Shown here: in pieces, positions 17,006 to 25,419 of the stretch
Layout of the letters: each line of letters starts with the position of its first letter
How positions within the stretch are numbered: the first letter of the stretch is position 1
Sequence record: DRR378314_837
DNA: 34,832 nt
Reading direction: 5' to 3' (one strand)
Program-made: the position numbers and the translations under genes
Notes under the pieces: model-generated
Told to the model about the DNA's origin: nothing
What the model saw: only the letters and a program-made list of their open reading frames with translations
The model's database searches: none

Positions 17006-18388
17006 TTAGGTCGCGAGAAAGTCTTCGCGGCGTAACTGGTGACGCTGCATTTTCTGATTGAGTGTACGGCGAGGCAGGTCGAGTTCATCGAGTACCGCTT
17101 GAATATTGCCATTATGGCGCTGTAGCGCTTCTTTCAAGACGGTAGCCTCAAATACTTCCATACGCACAGAGAGTGCAGACGCTTGATGTGGCGGCATAGG
17201 CGAGCTTTGCCAGGGCAGATCCAGCCCAAGAATAAAGCGCGTGGCAATATTGCGCAGCTCGCGGAGGTTTCCAGGCCACCGATGATTGCCGAGGGCAGTC
17301 AGCAGTTCTGTGGAGGGTTCGCGTAGCGGCCTTTCGTGAACATCAGCGGCTTGATGGCAGAAGTGACGAAACAGTAAGGGAATATCTTCGCGGCGCTCAC
17401 GCAAGGGAGGAATCGCCAGCTCAGCAATCGCCAGACGATAATAAAGATCCTCGCGAAAATCTCCTTGCGAGACCATTTCCAGCAAGTTCTCTTTACTGGC
17501 CGCCACGACCCGAAGATGGAGGTGAATAACCTGGTTGCTGCCTAGCCGGGTAATTTCACCTTCCTGCAGTGCGCGCAATAGCTTAACCTGGGCAGACAGT
17601 GGCAGTGACTCTATTTCATCCAAAAAGAGGGTGCCGTGGCTAGCGGTTTCCAGCAGGCCTATACGTCGCTCTCCCGCCCCGGTAAAGGCACCTTTTTCAT
17701 GCCCGAACAGCTCTGATTCAATTAATTCACTGTTCATGGCGCCACAGTTCAACGCCACAAAAGCGCCTTGGCTACCGCTGCCAAAGTCATGCAAGGCGCG
17801 AGCCACGACTTCCTTGCCGCTGCCCGTTTCACCATTGATAACCACGTTGGCGCGGCTAGCAGCTAAGTTTTCCACTTGGCGCCGCAGTAGTTGCATCAGT
17901 GCAGAATCGCCAAGCAGGCGCGTGCTTAAATAGTTATTCCGTAATGCCTGCTGTAACTGCAAGTTTTCCAGCGCCAGGGCCCGATGCTCTAGTGCTCGTC
18001 GTACACACTCCTCAAGGCGTTCAGGATCGAAGGGCTTTTGCACAAAGTCCCAGGCCCCCTGCTGAATCGCAGCAACCGCCATGGGGACATCACCGTGGCC
18101 CGTGATCAGAATCACCGGGGGCGGCGTATCGAGTGCTTGCACGGCGGCAAACAAGGCCAAGCCATCCATCTCGGGCATCTTGATATCACTGACGACGACA
18201 CCGCACGGCTGGCCGTTTTGAAGTGCATTCAGCGCCTTACCGGCGCGTGAAAACGTGTGAACCTCTAATCCCGACACCTCCAGCCATTGGCTAAGAGAGT
18301 CACGGACATCGGCTTCATCGTCCACTAGCCAGACGGGCAGAGAAGCAGCCGATAGTCGAGCTAAGGTGCTAGAAGATGCGTGCGTCAT
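17006..18388 (-). CDS. dctD: sigma54-dependent response regulator, DctD/MifR type
   Basis: Receiver domain (LVDDE, VVSDIKMPEMDG, ITGHGDVPMAV, KPF); GETGSGKE; ESELFGHEKGAFTGA; WPGNLRELRN; Fis-type HTH. Confidence 0.9.
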   Translation of the reverse strand: MTHASSSTLARLSAASLPVWLVDDEADVRDSLSQWLEVSGLEVHTFSRAGKALNALQNGQPCGVVVSDIKMPEMDGLALFAAVQALDTPPPVILITGHGDVPMAVAAIQQGAWDFVQKPFDPERLEECVRRALEHRALALENLQLQQALRNNYLSTRLLGDSALMQLLRRQVENLAASRANVVINGETGSGKEVVARALHDFGSGSQGAFVALNCGAMNSELIESELFGHEKGAFTGAGERRIGLLETASHGTLFLDEIESLPLSAQVKLLRALQEGEITRLGSNQVIHLHLRVVAASKENLLEMVSQGDFREDLYYRLAIAELAIPPLRERREDIPLLFRHFCHQAADVHERPLREPSTELLTALGNHRWPGNLRELRNIATRFILGLDLPWQSSPMPPHQASALSVRMEVFEATVLKEALQRHNGNIQAVLDELDLPRRTLNQKMQRHQLRREDFLAT

Positions 18389-20151
18389 GAAGGTGTCTCC
18401 TCACCATGCGGTAATGTCAGACAAAACCAAGCGCCCCCAGCGGGGTGATTACCAGCGCTGAGTTTACCGCCAAGATCCTGAGCAATGCCGTAGCTAATAA
18501 ACAGCCCCAGCCCTAAGCCTTCCCCAACCGGTTTAGTCGTAAAGAATGGGTCGAACATCTGCTCGATCACTTCTTGGGGCAAGCCTGGGCCATTGTCATG
18601 GATCGTCAACTGCACTTGTTCCGTAGTGACCTCAACGTGAAGACGAATGACCCCATTGGCTATGTCGTTCAACGCATCCAGCGCATTACGCAGCAGGTTG
18701 GTAAGCAACTGCTCAAGGCGAACGTCATCGCCGCGTACCCAGAGTGACTGCGGCCAATCGCCGTCACGCTCCAAACGCACTTTTTGCTGCTGGAAACGCT
18801 CCTCGAGTAGTTCTAGTACGAAGTTCAGGCTGGCCGGAAGATCCACGCTCTCGCGGCTCTCGCCCTTGCGAGCAAACAACTTTAGCTGCTCGATTAACCG
18901 AGCGAGGCGTTTGCTCAATACCTGAATACGTTGGAAGTTGTCGCCTGCCATTTCCTGACGGCCGAGCGCCAACAACCGCTCACCGTTGGCAGCATAAGTG
19001 CGGATGCCTGAAAGGGGTTGATTAAGCTCATGGGCAATGCCTGCCGCCATGGTCCCCAAGGCGGCCAATTTACCCGCTTGGACCAGTTCAGCTTGCGCAT
19101 CCTCTAAGGCCTGGGTGCGTTCCTGGACACGCTCTTCCAAGCGAATATTGGTTTGCTGGATGATTTTCGCCTGAGCATCGCGCATATGTTGGCGTTTTTG
19201 GCGTTCACGCAACCACAAGCCAAACAACAAAAGAGCGGACAGCGTGACTAAGCCCGCCAGAAGTACATTGCGAGCACTGATATAAAGTGGCCGCACCGGG
19301 CTGAGATAATGCATCGACCAACCCAGTGTAGAAAGCGGCAGGGAAGCGACCAGAAAACGCTCGCCTCCTCCTTGTGCTTGGTTGCCTATTACCAGCGTAT
19401 CGTCATGTAGCCGCTGGCCGAGCGGGGAAAGCGACTTATCGAGAAATTGACGTTGGGCATTAATCTGCGCCAATGCATCATCAGAAAGCCCATCAATGTG
19501 CTGAAACCGCCACTGCTCACGGCTAGAAAGTATCACAACGCCATTGGCATCTGACAAAATGACGTTCTCTTGTGCTCGACGCCAATCCTCTTGAAGCGCT
19601 TCCAGTGAGACCTTAACCACCAGGACTCCCGCAGAGGCAGTGTCGTCGCCAAGCGTAACGACATAAGAGGTGAAATAACCCGGCTGTCCGGTTGTGTCAC
19701 CGATCGCAAAGAATTCACCGCTACCGCTCTGCATGGCATCGTAAAAATAGGGGCGGAAGTGATAATCGTGGCCAATGAAACTTTGCTCGAGTGCATAGTT
19801 GCTGCTGGCCAGGGTGACGCCTTGCTCATTCATCAGAAAAATGGCGTCAGCGCCCGAACGCTCAGCGACCTCTGCCAAGTGCTGATTAACAGGCGACAGA
19901 AATAACTCACTGGGTTCGCGCAGGGCAGCCTGGACTAAAGGCTGCTGGGCCAGTAAGTCAGGCAGGTAGGTAAAGCGCTCAAGCGCGCCTTGCAGGCTGC
20001 TGGTGTAGAGCGCTAGACGCGTATTCGCGTGACGCTGGGCATCCGCTTCGGCGTGGCTGTATTGCCAATGCCATAACCACCATAACCCTAAAAGGCTCAG
20101 CACGATTAAAGAGGCCAGAACCAGCGCATACAGCCAAATCTTTCTGCTCAC
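18385..20151 (-). CDS. dctB: Sensor histidine kinase, DctB/MifS type (dCache)
   Basis: TM; ASSNY...SFIGHDYHFRPYF; AIGDTTGQPGYF; H-box GIAHELNQPL; NLLRNALDA; DNGPG; FDPFFTTKPVGEGLGLGL. Overlaps the dctD start by 4 nt. Confidence 0.9.
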   Translation of the reverse strand: MSRKIWLYALVLASLIVLSLLGLWWLWHWQYSHAEADAQRHANTRLALYTSSLQGALERFTYLPDLLAQQPLVQAALREPSELFLSPVNQHLAEVAERSGADAIFLMNEQGVTLASSNYALEQSFIGHDYHFRPYFYDAMQSGSGEFFAIGDTTGQPGYFTSYVVTLGDDTASAGVLVVKVSLEALQEDWRRAQENVILSDANGVVILSSREQWRFQHIDGLSDDALAQINAQRQFLDKSLSPLGQRLHDDTLVIGNQAQGGGERFLVASLPLSTLGWSMHYLSPVRPLYISARNVLLAGLVTLSALLLFGLWLRERQKRQHMRDAQAKIIQQTNIRLEERVQERTQALEDAQAELVQAGKLAALGTMAAGIAHELNQPLSGIRTYAANGERLLALGRQEMAGDNFQRIQVLSKRLARLIEQLKLFARKGESRESVDLPASLNFVLELLEERFQQQKVRLERDGDWPQSLWVRGDDVRLEQLLTNLLRNALDALNDIANGVIRLHVEVTTEQVQLTIHDNGPGLPQEVIEQMFDPFFTTKPVGEGLGLGLFISYGIAQDLGGKLSAGNHPAGGAWFCLTLPHGEETPS

Positions 20152-20267
20152 TGTGAGTTTGCCTTAACGGTCGAATTGATCAGACCTAAGAGCTTATCAC
20201 CCAGGCGTAAGCACTCCCATTGTCGAAGGTATCTCTAACGCCCTCCAGCGTAGCGGCAAACTCATCA

Positions 20268-21296
20268 CTATACGGTTGCCACTGGAGTCACCGGCGAGCC
20301 AATGGCGCCTGGCAGCCGAAGTGGTGGCGCCGTCAGCAAGAACCGGTTGCGCTGGCGGCTATGCAACCATTCTGCTAAATCTTTCAGATACCATAACTCC
20401 GCCAGCGGCAATCCGAGTTTGAACAGGCAATGATGGTGCAATGGAAGTTTAGAGCAACAGCTCGACGCCAACTCACGGTCTAAGTTTTCCACCGCATAAT
20501 TATCCGCACAGATCGCCGCAATGCCGCTGTCAGTGATCCACTCCAGCAAGGCTGAATCACTGCCATCAAGCACTGCCCCGGTGTTTTTCAGCACCTCTGG
20601 CTGTGGCGTACCCTGCATATCCAACAACGCCTCGGCGAACCCTGTGCGCAATACCAGCATATCGCCACGCTCCACCACCACGTTCAGTTGTTTCAGCGCT
20701 TCCATCAACTCCAGGTGCCCTACCAGCGTTCTTCCCGCACCGAAAACTCTCACCAAATCGACCAATACGGCCCGGCCCTGCATGCCATGTGTCGCCAGTG
20801 TCTCGATTCCCAGGCGTCTAGCATAGGAGTCGTGCCACTGGGCCGATTCTCCGCTCAGATCGAGCACATCCTGCTCGGCCAGGTAGCCGTTGTAGTAGCG
20901 GCGTTCTGGCGTGCCATCACCATCGCCATCGAACAGAGCGCCCACGTGAGCCAGGGAGTCCCACTGCGTGGAGTACTGCAACGATAGCTGAACCTGGTCA
21001 TCACTAATAACGTCATGCAGCGCGGGGCTATGAGTCGCCAGGGGAAAGTTGATGTACTGGTCATCACCCAGAGCTGTCGGGGTTAGCTTCGGAGGCGAAC
21101 GACGGGGGTTCAACACCTTTCCGCCGGGGATATCCAGAGGTAGCGACAAGCAGAATGTCACCCCTTCGTGGACTTCCTTCACACCTTTGAGCACCTGCTC
21201 GGTGCCGATCAGGTTGACTCGCCCCAGTTGATCTTCAGGGCCAAACTCGCCCCAGTTGCTACCTTCAGGACGTTTCTTCCAGCGAGGCTGATTCAT
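20268..21296 (-). CDS. Cyclase-family (KynB-fold) putative metal-dependent hydrolase
   Basis: NWGEFGPEDQLGRVNLI; QYSTQWDSLAH; GRAVLVD; GDMLVLRTG; ADNYAVE; LHHHCLFKLGLPLAELWYL; APPLRLPGAIGSPVTPVA. Confidence 0.9.
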   Translation of the reverse strand: MNQPRWKKRPEGSNWGEFGPEDQLGRVNLIGTEQVLKGVKEVHEGVTFCLSLPLDIPGGKVLNPRRSPPKLTPTALGDDQYINFPLATHSPALHDVISDDQVQLSLQYSTQWDSLAHVGALFDGDGDGTPERRYYNGYLAEQDVLDLSGESAQWHDSYARRLGIETLATHGMQGRAVLVDLVRVFGAGRTLVGHLELMEALKQLNVVVERGDMLVLRTGFAEALLDMQGTPQPEVLKNTGAVLDGSDSALLEWITDSGIAAICADNYAVENLDRELASSCCSKLPLHHHCLFKLGLPLAELWYLKDLAEWLHSRQRNRFLLTAPPLRLPGAIGSPVTPVATV

Positions 21297-22198
21297 AACT
21301 TGTCTCCACCGGCATGTTGGGTAGCGATTTCAATGATACGCTGCAGGTTTTCCCGCTCCCGGGCCTGGTGCTGGGTCCGCGTCTCATCGCTCCACTGGTA
21401 GAAACCTTGCCCAGCCTTGGCACCTAGGCGACCTTGAGCCACGTACTCTTCAAGCAGAGCGGCAGGTTGCTGACGTGCTTCGAGATCCGCATAGAGGTAA
21501 TGGGCGATATTCAGATGGGTGTCCAACCCGTTAAGGTCGCGCTGACATAAGGGGCCGTTCAACGCCATACGCACACCAATAGAGTACTGCACGATATCAT
21601 CCAGCGCTTCGGCCCCCACTACCCCTTTTTCCAACAGGGAGAGGCATTCACGCATCACCGCATGCTGGATCCGGTTAGCGACGAAACCAGGTACACAGGT
21701 ATTCAGTACCGCAGGGCGTTTCCCCCAACGCTTTAGCCAACCGCACACCTTTTCCACTACTGCTGCCTCGGTATGGCTGCCTGGCACCACTTCCACGGCA
21801 GGTATGATATCCGCCGGATTAAAGAAGTGCGTCCCCAGGAACCGTTGCGACACACGCATGGCACTTCCGATGTCATCAATCGGAATACCCGATGTATTGG
21901 TCACGATGATACAAGTATCGGCCACTTCAGACTCGATTTGCGCCACGACCTTTCGCTTAATCGCGACGTCTTCTGTCACGCTCTCAATGACAAAATCAGC
22001 ACTCTTCGCCACTTCCAAATCCGTGGTAAAGCAAATAACTGCAGCACTCTCCCCCACACTCAAGCGACTGGCTTCCAATACCTTCGGGTTGGTATCAACC
22101 ACAGTGACCTTGACACCATGCGTCGCCATTAACTTGGCCAGCGTGGTGCCCATGGTTCCCGCACCTACCACAGCAGCTTGCAATGAATCGTCCTGCAT
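21293..22198 (-). CDS. 3-hydroxyacyl-CoA dehydrogenase family protein (short form)
   Basis: VVGAGTMG Rossmann motif; VIESVTE...K; NTSG; HFFNPA...VEVV; PGFVANRIQ; GRLGAKAGQGFY. Confidence 0.92.
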   Translation of the reverse strand: MQDDSLQAAVVGAGTMGTTLAKLMATHGVKVTVVDTNPKVLEASRLSVGESAAVICFTTDLEVAKSADFVIESVTEDVAIKRKVVAQIESEVADTCIIVTNTSGIPIDDIGSAMRVSQRFLGTHFFNPADIIPAVEVVPGSHTEAAVVEKVCGWLKRWGKRPAVLNTCVPGFVANRIQHAVMRECLSLLEKGVVGAEALDDIVQYSIGVRMALNGPLCQRDLNGLDTHLNIAHYLYADLEARQQPAALLEEYVAQGRLGAKAGQGFYQWSDETRTQHQARERENLQRIIEIATQHAGGDKL

Positions 22199-22272
22199 CA
22201 GTCCTTCCTCCTTCGTCTGGCTCGGAGATCATTCACGTGAACCTAGACAAATGTCGCATTGAATAAAACTAG

Positions 22273-22296
22273 TCGTGAGTCAAAGATCACTCACGA
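22273..22296. promoter_or_regulatory. Perfect inverted repeat in the divergent promoter (candidate operator)
   Basis: TCGTGAGT-CAAAGATC-ACTCACGA. Confidence 0.45.
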
Positions 22297-22306
22297 AAAA
22301 CGAACT

Positions 22307-22327
22307 TATGTACGCTATGCGTACATA
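22307..22327. promoter_or_regulatory. IclR/PcaR-type operator palindrome
   Basis: TATGTACGC-TAT-GCGTACATA, same architecture as 34001-34021. Confidence 0.6.
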
Positions 22328-22367
22328 GTAGACAATGACAGGCACGCCGACAATAAGAGGGCTTCCT

Positions 22368-23702
22368 ATGAATGCGCTGGCAAATTTCTTCACCCGGCTC
22401 GTTAACCGCTACATGCCCGATCCTCTCGTCATCGCGATCCTCCTAACCATGCTCACAATGCTCCTGGCAGTGTTAATGCAGGGCACCAGCCCTTTGAATG
22501 CAGTGCGTTATTGGGGCGATGGTTTCTGGGACTTACTGGCCTTCAGCATGCAAATGACGGTCATCCTCCTAGCGGGCTATATCCTGGCCAAAACGCCCTT
22601 GGTTGACGGCATACTCAATCGCGTCGCAGCACGCGTCACAACGCCCTTCGTCGCGATTGTTGTTGCCACTCTGGTGGGAGGTATCGGTAGCTGGCTAAAC
22701 TGGGGTTTCGGCTTGGTCATCGGCGGTATAGTCGCCCAGAAGTTGGCGCTTAACGTGAAAGGCTTACATTACCCACTAGTGATCGCTGCGGCGTATTCTG
22801 GCTTTGCTCTTTATGGTATCGGCCTGTCTGGCAGCGTGCCGCTACTGATCGCCACCGAAGGGCACTTTCTTCAGGATACGATTGGATTAATCCCACTGAG
22901 CGAAACAATTTTCTCGCCCATTCTTTTGATCACCAGCGCCCTTATTCTTCTCACTCTTCCTTTCTTCAATGCCTGGCTGCATCCCAAGCAAGCCGAAGAT
23001 ATCGTCGAAATCGATCCAGCCACGGTAGCCAAGCCCTCCGCAGCCCCGCTGCCCAACGACACAAAAACCACCATCGCCGAACGCTTGAATCGCAGCAAAG
23101 TGGTGGGCATTGGCATCGGCGCGCTAGGCATGCTGTATATTGCACTGTATGCATTCGATGGCGGTTCGCTGAACCTTAATACCATCAATTTCGCCTTCCT
23201 GTTTTTGGGTATATTGCTATTTGCCTCGCCTGCCAACTACCTAGCCGCCTTGGCGGATGGGATTCGTATCGTCTCTGGCATTATCGTGCAGTACCCTTTC
23301 TACGCCGGGATCATGGGAATTCTCGTGGGGTCAGGGCTGGTGGTTTCGTTCGCCAATACCTTCGTTGATATATCCAGTGCGCAAACCTTGCCTATCTGGT
23401 CATTTATCAGCGGCGCCATCATCAACCTGCTGGCACCATCCGGTGGCGGCCAATGGGCTGTCCAAGGTCCTGTTATGGTTCAAGCCGCCACAGAACTTGG
23501 TGCTTCCCAGGCAGCCACGGCGCTGGCCGTCCAAATTGGTGACCAATGGAGCAACATGGTTCAGCCGTTCTGGATCCTCCCGGTGTTAGCCATCTCCGGC
23601 TTGAAGTTACGTGATGTGATGGGCTACATGGTGCTGATCCTAATCTACCTCGGGGTCATCTACGCCAGCGCGATGCTGATCTGGGGCTACCTCGGCGCCT
23701 AA
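22368..23702 (+). CDS. Short-chain fatty acid transporter, AtoE family
   Basis: RYMPDPLVIAILLT; WGDGFWDLLAFSMQM; NWGFGLVIGG; HYPLVIAAAYSG; QYPFYAGIMG; PSGGGQWAVQGP; GDQWSNMVQPFW. AAGAGG RBS before ATG 22368. Confidence 0.92.
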   Translation: MNALANFFTRLVNRYMPDPLVIAILLTMLTMLLAVLMQGTSPLNAVRYWGDGFWDLLAFSMQMTVILLAGYILAKTPLVDGILNRVAARVTTPFVAIVVATLVGGIGSWLNWGFGLVIGGIVAQKLALNVKGLHYPLVIAAAYSGFALYGIGLSGSVPLLIATEGHFLQDTIGLIPLSETIFSPILLITSALILLTLPFFNAWLHPKQAEDIVEIDPATVAKPSAAPLPNDTKTTIAERLNRSKVVGIGIGALGMLYIALYAFDGGSLNLNTINFAFLFLGILLFASPANYLAALADGIRIVSGIIVQYPFYAGIMGILVGSGLVVSFANTFVDISSAQTLPIWSFISGAIINLLAPSGGGQWAVQGPVMVQAATELGASQAATALAVQIGDQWSNMVQPFWILPVLAISGLKLRDVMGYMVLILIYLGVIYASAMLIWGYLGA

Positions 23703-23748
23703 CCATTCTTATCTACGCTTAACCACTCTTGACTTACGGGACTGCCCC

Positions 23749-24045
23749 ATGCCTTTTTTGATCGAAACTTTCGACAAGCCCGCCCAGCAGGCACTACGCC
23801 TGGAGGTACGCCAAGCCCACCTGGAGTATCTGGATGCCAACGTAGTGACCTTATTGGCCTGTGGCGCCAAGCTTTCCGATGATGGCGAAACGGCGTCTGG
23901 CGGTATCTACCTAGTCGACTTGGATAGCCGTGAGGAGGCCGAGCACTTCATCGAGTCCGACCCATTCCACCAAGCGGGGCTATTCGCCGAGGTTAAAATC
24001 GTGCGCTGGCGACAAGCCTATTTAAATCGAAAAAACACTCTGTAG
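23749..24045 (+). CDS. YciI family protein
   Basis: R...RQAHLEYL; GAKLSDDG; GGIYLVD; EEAEHFIESDPF (conserved His and DPF motif). Confidence 0.9.
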   Translation: MPFLIETFDKPAQQALRLEVRQAHLEYLDANVVTLLACGAKLSDDGETASGGIYLVDLDSREEAEHFIESDPFHQAGLFAEVKIVRWRQAYLNRKNTL

Positions 24046-24084
24046 CGCGAATACCTGTAGCAAAACTACCCATGGAGAAGTGCA

Positions 24085-24375
24085 ATGCTGTTTCATGTAG
24101 AAATGGTCGTAAAACTGCCGGCGGATATGCCCGCCGAGCAAGTGGCTGACATCAAAGCAAAGGAGAAAGCCTACTCTCAGGAGCTACAACGGCAAGGCAA
24201 ATGGCGCCACCTATGGCGGATCGCTGGCAGCTACGCCAACGTCAGCATCTTCGACGTCAGTGACAATGCTGAACTCCACGATCTTATTAGCGGTTTGCCG
24301 CTGTTTCCCTATATGGATATCCATGTGAAGCCATTATGCGGTCATCCTTCATCTATACACGAAGGTGACGCATAA
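24085..24375 (+). CDS. catC: Muconolactone Delta-isomerase
   Basis: MLFHVEM...EKAYSQELQRQGKWRHLWRIAGSYANVSIFDV...LPLFPYM...HPSSI, 96 aa. Confidence 0.97.
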   Translation: MLFHVEMVVKLPADMPAEQVADIKAKEKAYSQELQRQGKWRHLWRIAGSYANVSIFDVSDNAELHDLISGLPLFPYMDIHVKPLCGHPSSIHEGDA

Positions 24376-24466
24376 CAGCTCTGCTCTATCGACTCCGCCG
24401 CGTTTTCTTACAGGCTCTTAATAGCTAACGAGCGCGGCATATCGTCGAATCTATAGAAACGCTAAT

Positions 24467-24525
24467 GTCATGCCCACCAAACGCTAGCGTATCGTAGTGT
24501 GTCTCTAGCGCTTAGTGGGCATGAC
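24467..24525. terminator. Long interrupted hairpin between convergent catC and pcaD
   Basis: GTCATGCCCAC-caaa-CGCTAG...CTAGCG-ctta-GTGGGCATGAC. Confidence 0.55.
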
Positions 24526-24590
24526 GGTTATGCGGTTATAGAAATACTTCTCTCTGCCTATACCTGTTTGCGATCCTCCAGTCCGGAGGC

Positions 24591-25409
24591 TTACGCCACA
24601 CCGTCACCTAAATCGGCGGAAAGCACAGCAATAAGCTTTTGCGCAAACAGCACCGGAGCTTCTACCGACGGCACATGACCCACACCGTCAAATATCTCCA
24701 ACGGTGCGCCGTCGAGTTCCGCAGCCAAGGCTTCCAACGTTGCGGGCGGCGTGGCCATATCTTCACTGCCGCCAAACAGCTGTACCCTGAACTCATGAGG
24801 GGCGTTCTTACCAGAAAGCTTTCCAGAGAACGTATTACGACCAAGCATTTCGCATAGCTGGGCGTAGGACTCATCGTCGCCACGGCCCATTTGTACGCAC
24901 CATCCTGCTTTCAGCGCCGGACTTGCCTCAAAGGCCTGTGGTGCAAACCAGCGCGGCACGATTTCTTCAGACATCGCTGCCAGGCCTTCCTGGCGCACTC
25001 GGCCTGCGCGGGTGTTCCAGAGATCAGGATTGCCGATCACTGCGCCAGTATTGGTCAGCGTAGCGGAGAGCAACCGGTCGCTATGTTCAGCGATCAACTG
25101 CTGGCCGACGACACCGCCAATGGACGTACCGGCAAAGTGAAAGCGCTCAGCAGCCGCCAGCTCTGCCAATGCCAGAGCCTCAGCGGCTAAATCAGCGGGA
25201 GTGATTTGTGCACCGCTGGCTGCCTGACTAGCTCCGTGGCCGGGAAGATCCCAGGTCAGCACCCGGTAGCGAGGTAGCAGCGCGGGAATGATGTCGTCCC
25301 ACACGGCTTGGCTCATGCCCAGTGGATGCGCTAGCACGATAAGTGGATTCACATCCGAGCCGAGCAATCGGTAAGCGACGCTGCGGCCATTGATAGTATG
25401 AAAGGCCAT
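24591..25409 (-). CDS. pcaD: 3-oxoadipate enol-lactonase (alpha/beta hydrolase)
   Basis: LAHPLG...WD; DLPGHG; GTSIGG nucleophile elbow; WNTRAGRVRQEGL; PRWF; GHVPSVE. GGAGG RBS before ATG 25409; follows pcaF. Confidence 0.85.
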   Translation of the reverse strand: MAFHTINGRSVAYRLLGSDVNPLIVLAHPLGMSQAVWDDIIPALLPRYRVLTWDLPGHGASQAASGAQITPADLAAEALALAELAAAERFHFAGTSIGGVVGQQLIAEHSDRLLSATLTNTGAVIGNPDLWNTRAGRVRQEGLAAMSEEIVPRWFAPQAFEASPALKAGWCVQMGRGDDESYAQLCEMLGRNTFSGKLSGKNAPHEFRVQLFGGSEDMATPPATLEALAAELDGAPLEIFDGVGHVPSVEAPVLFAQKLIAVLSADLGDGVA

Positions 25410-25419
25410 GCTACCTCCG

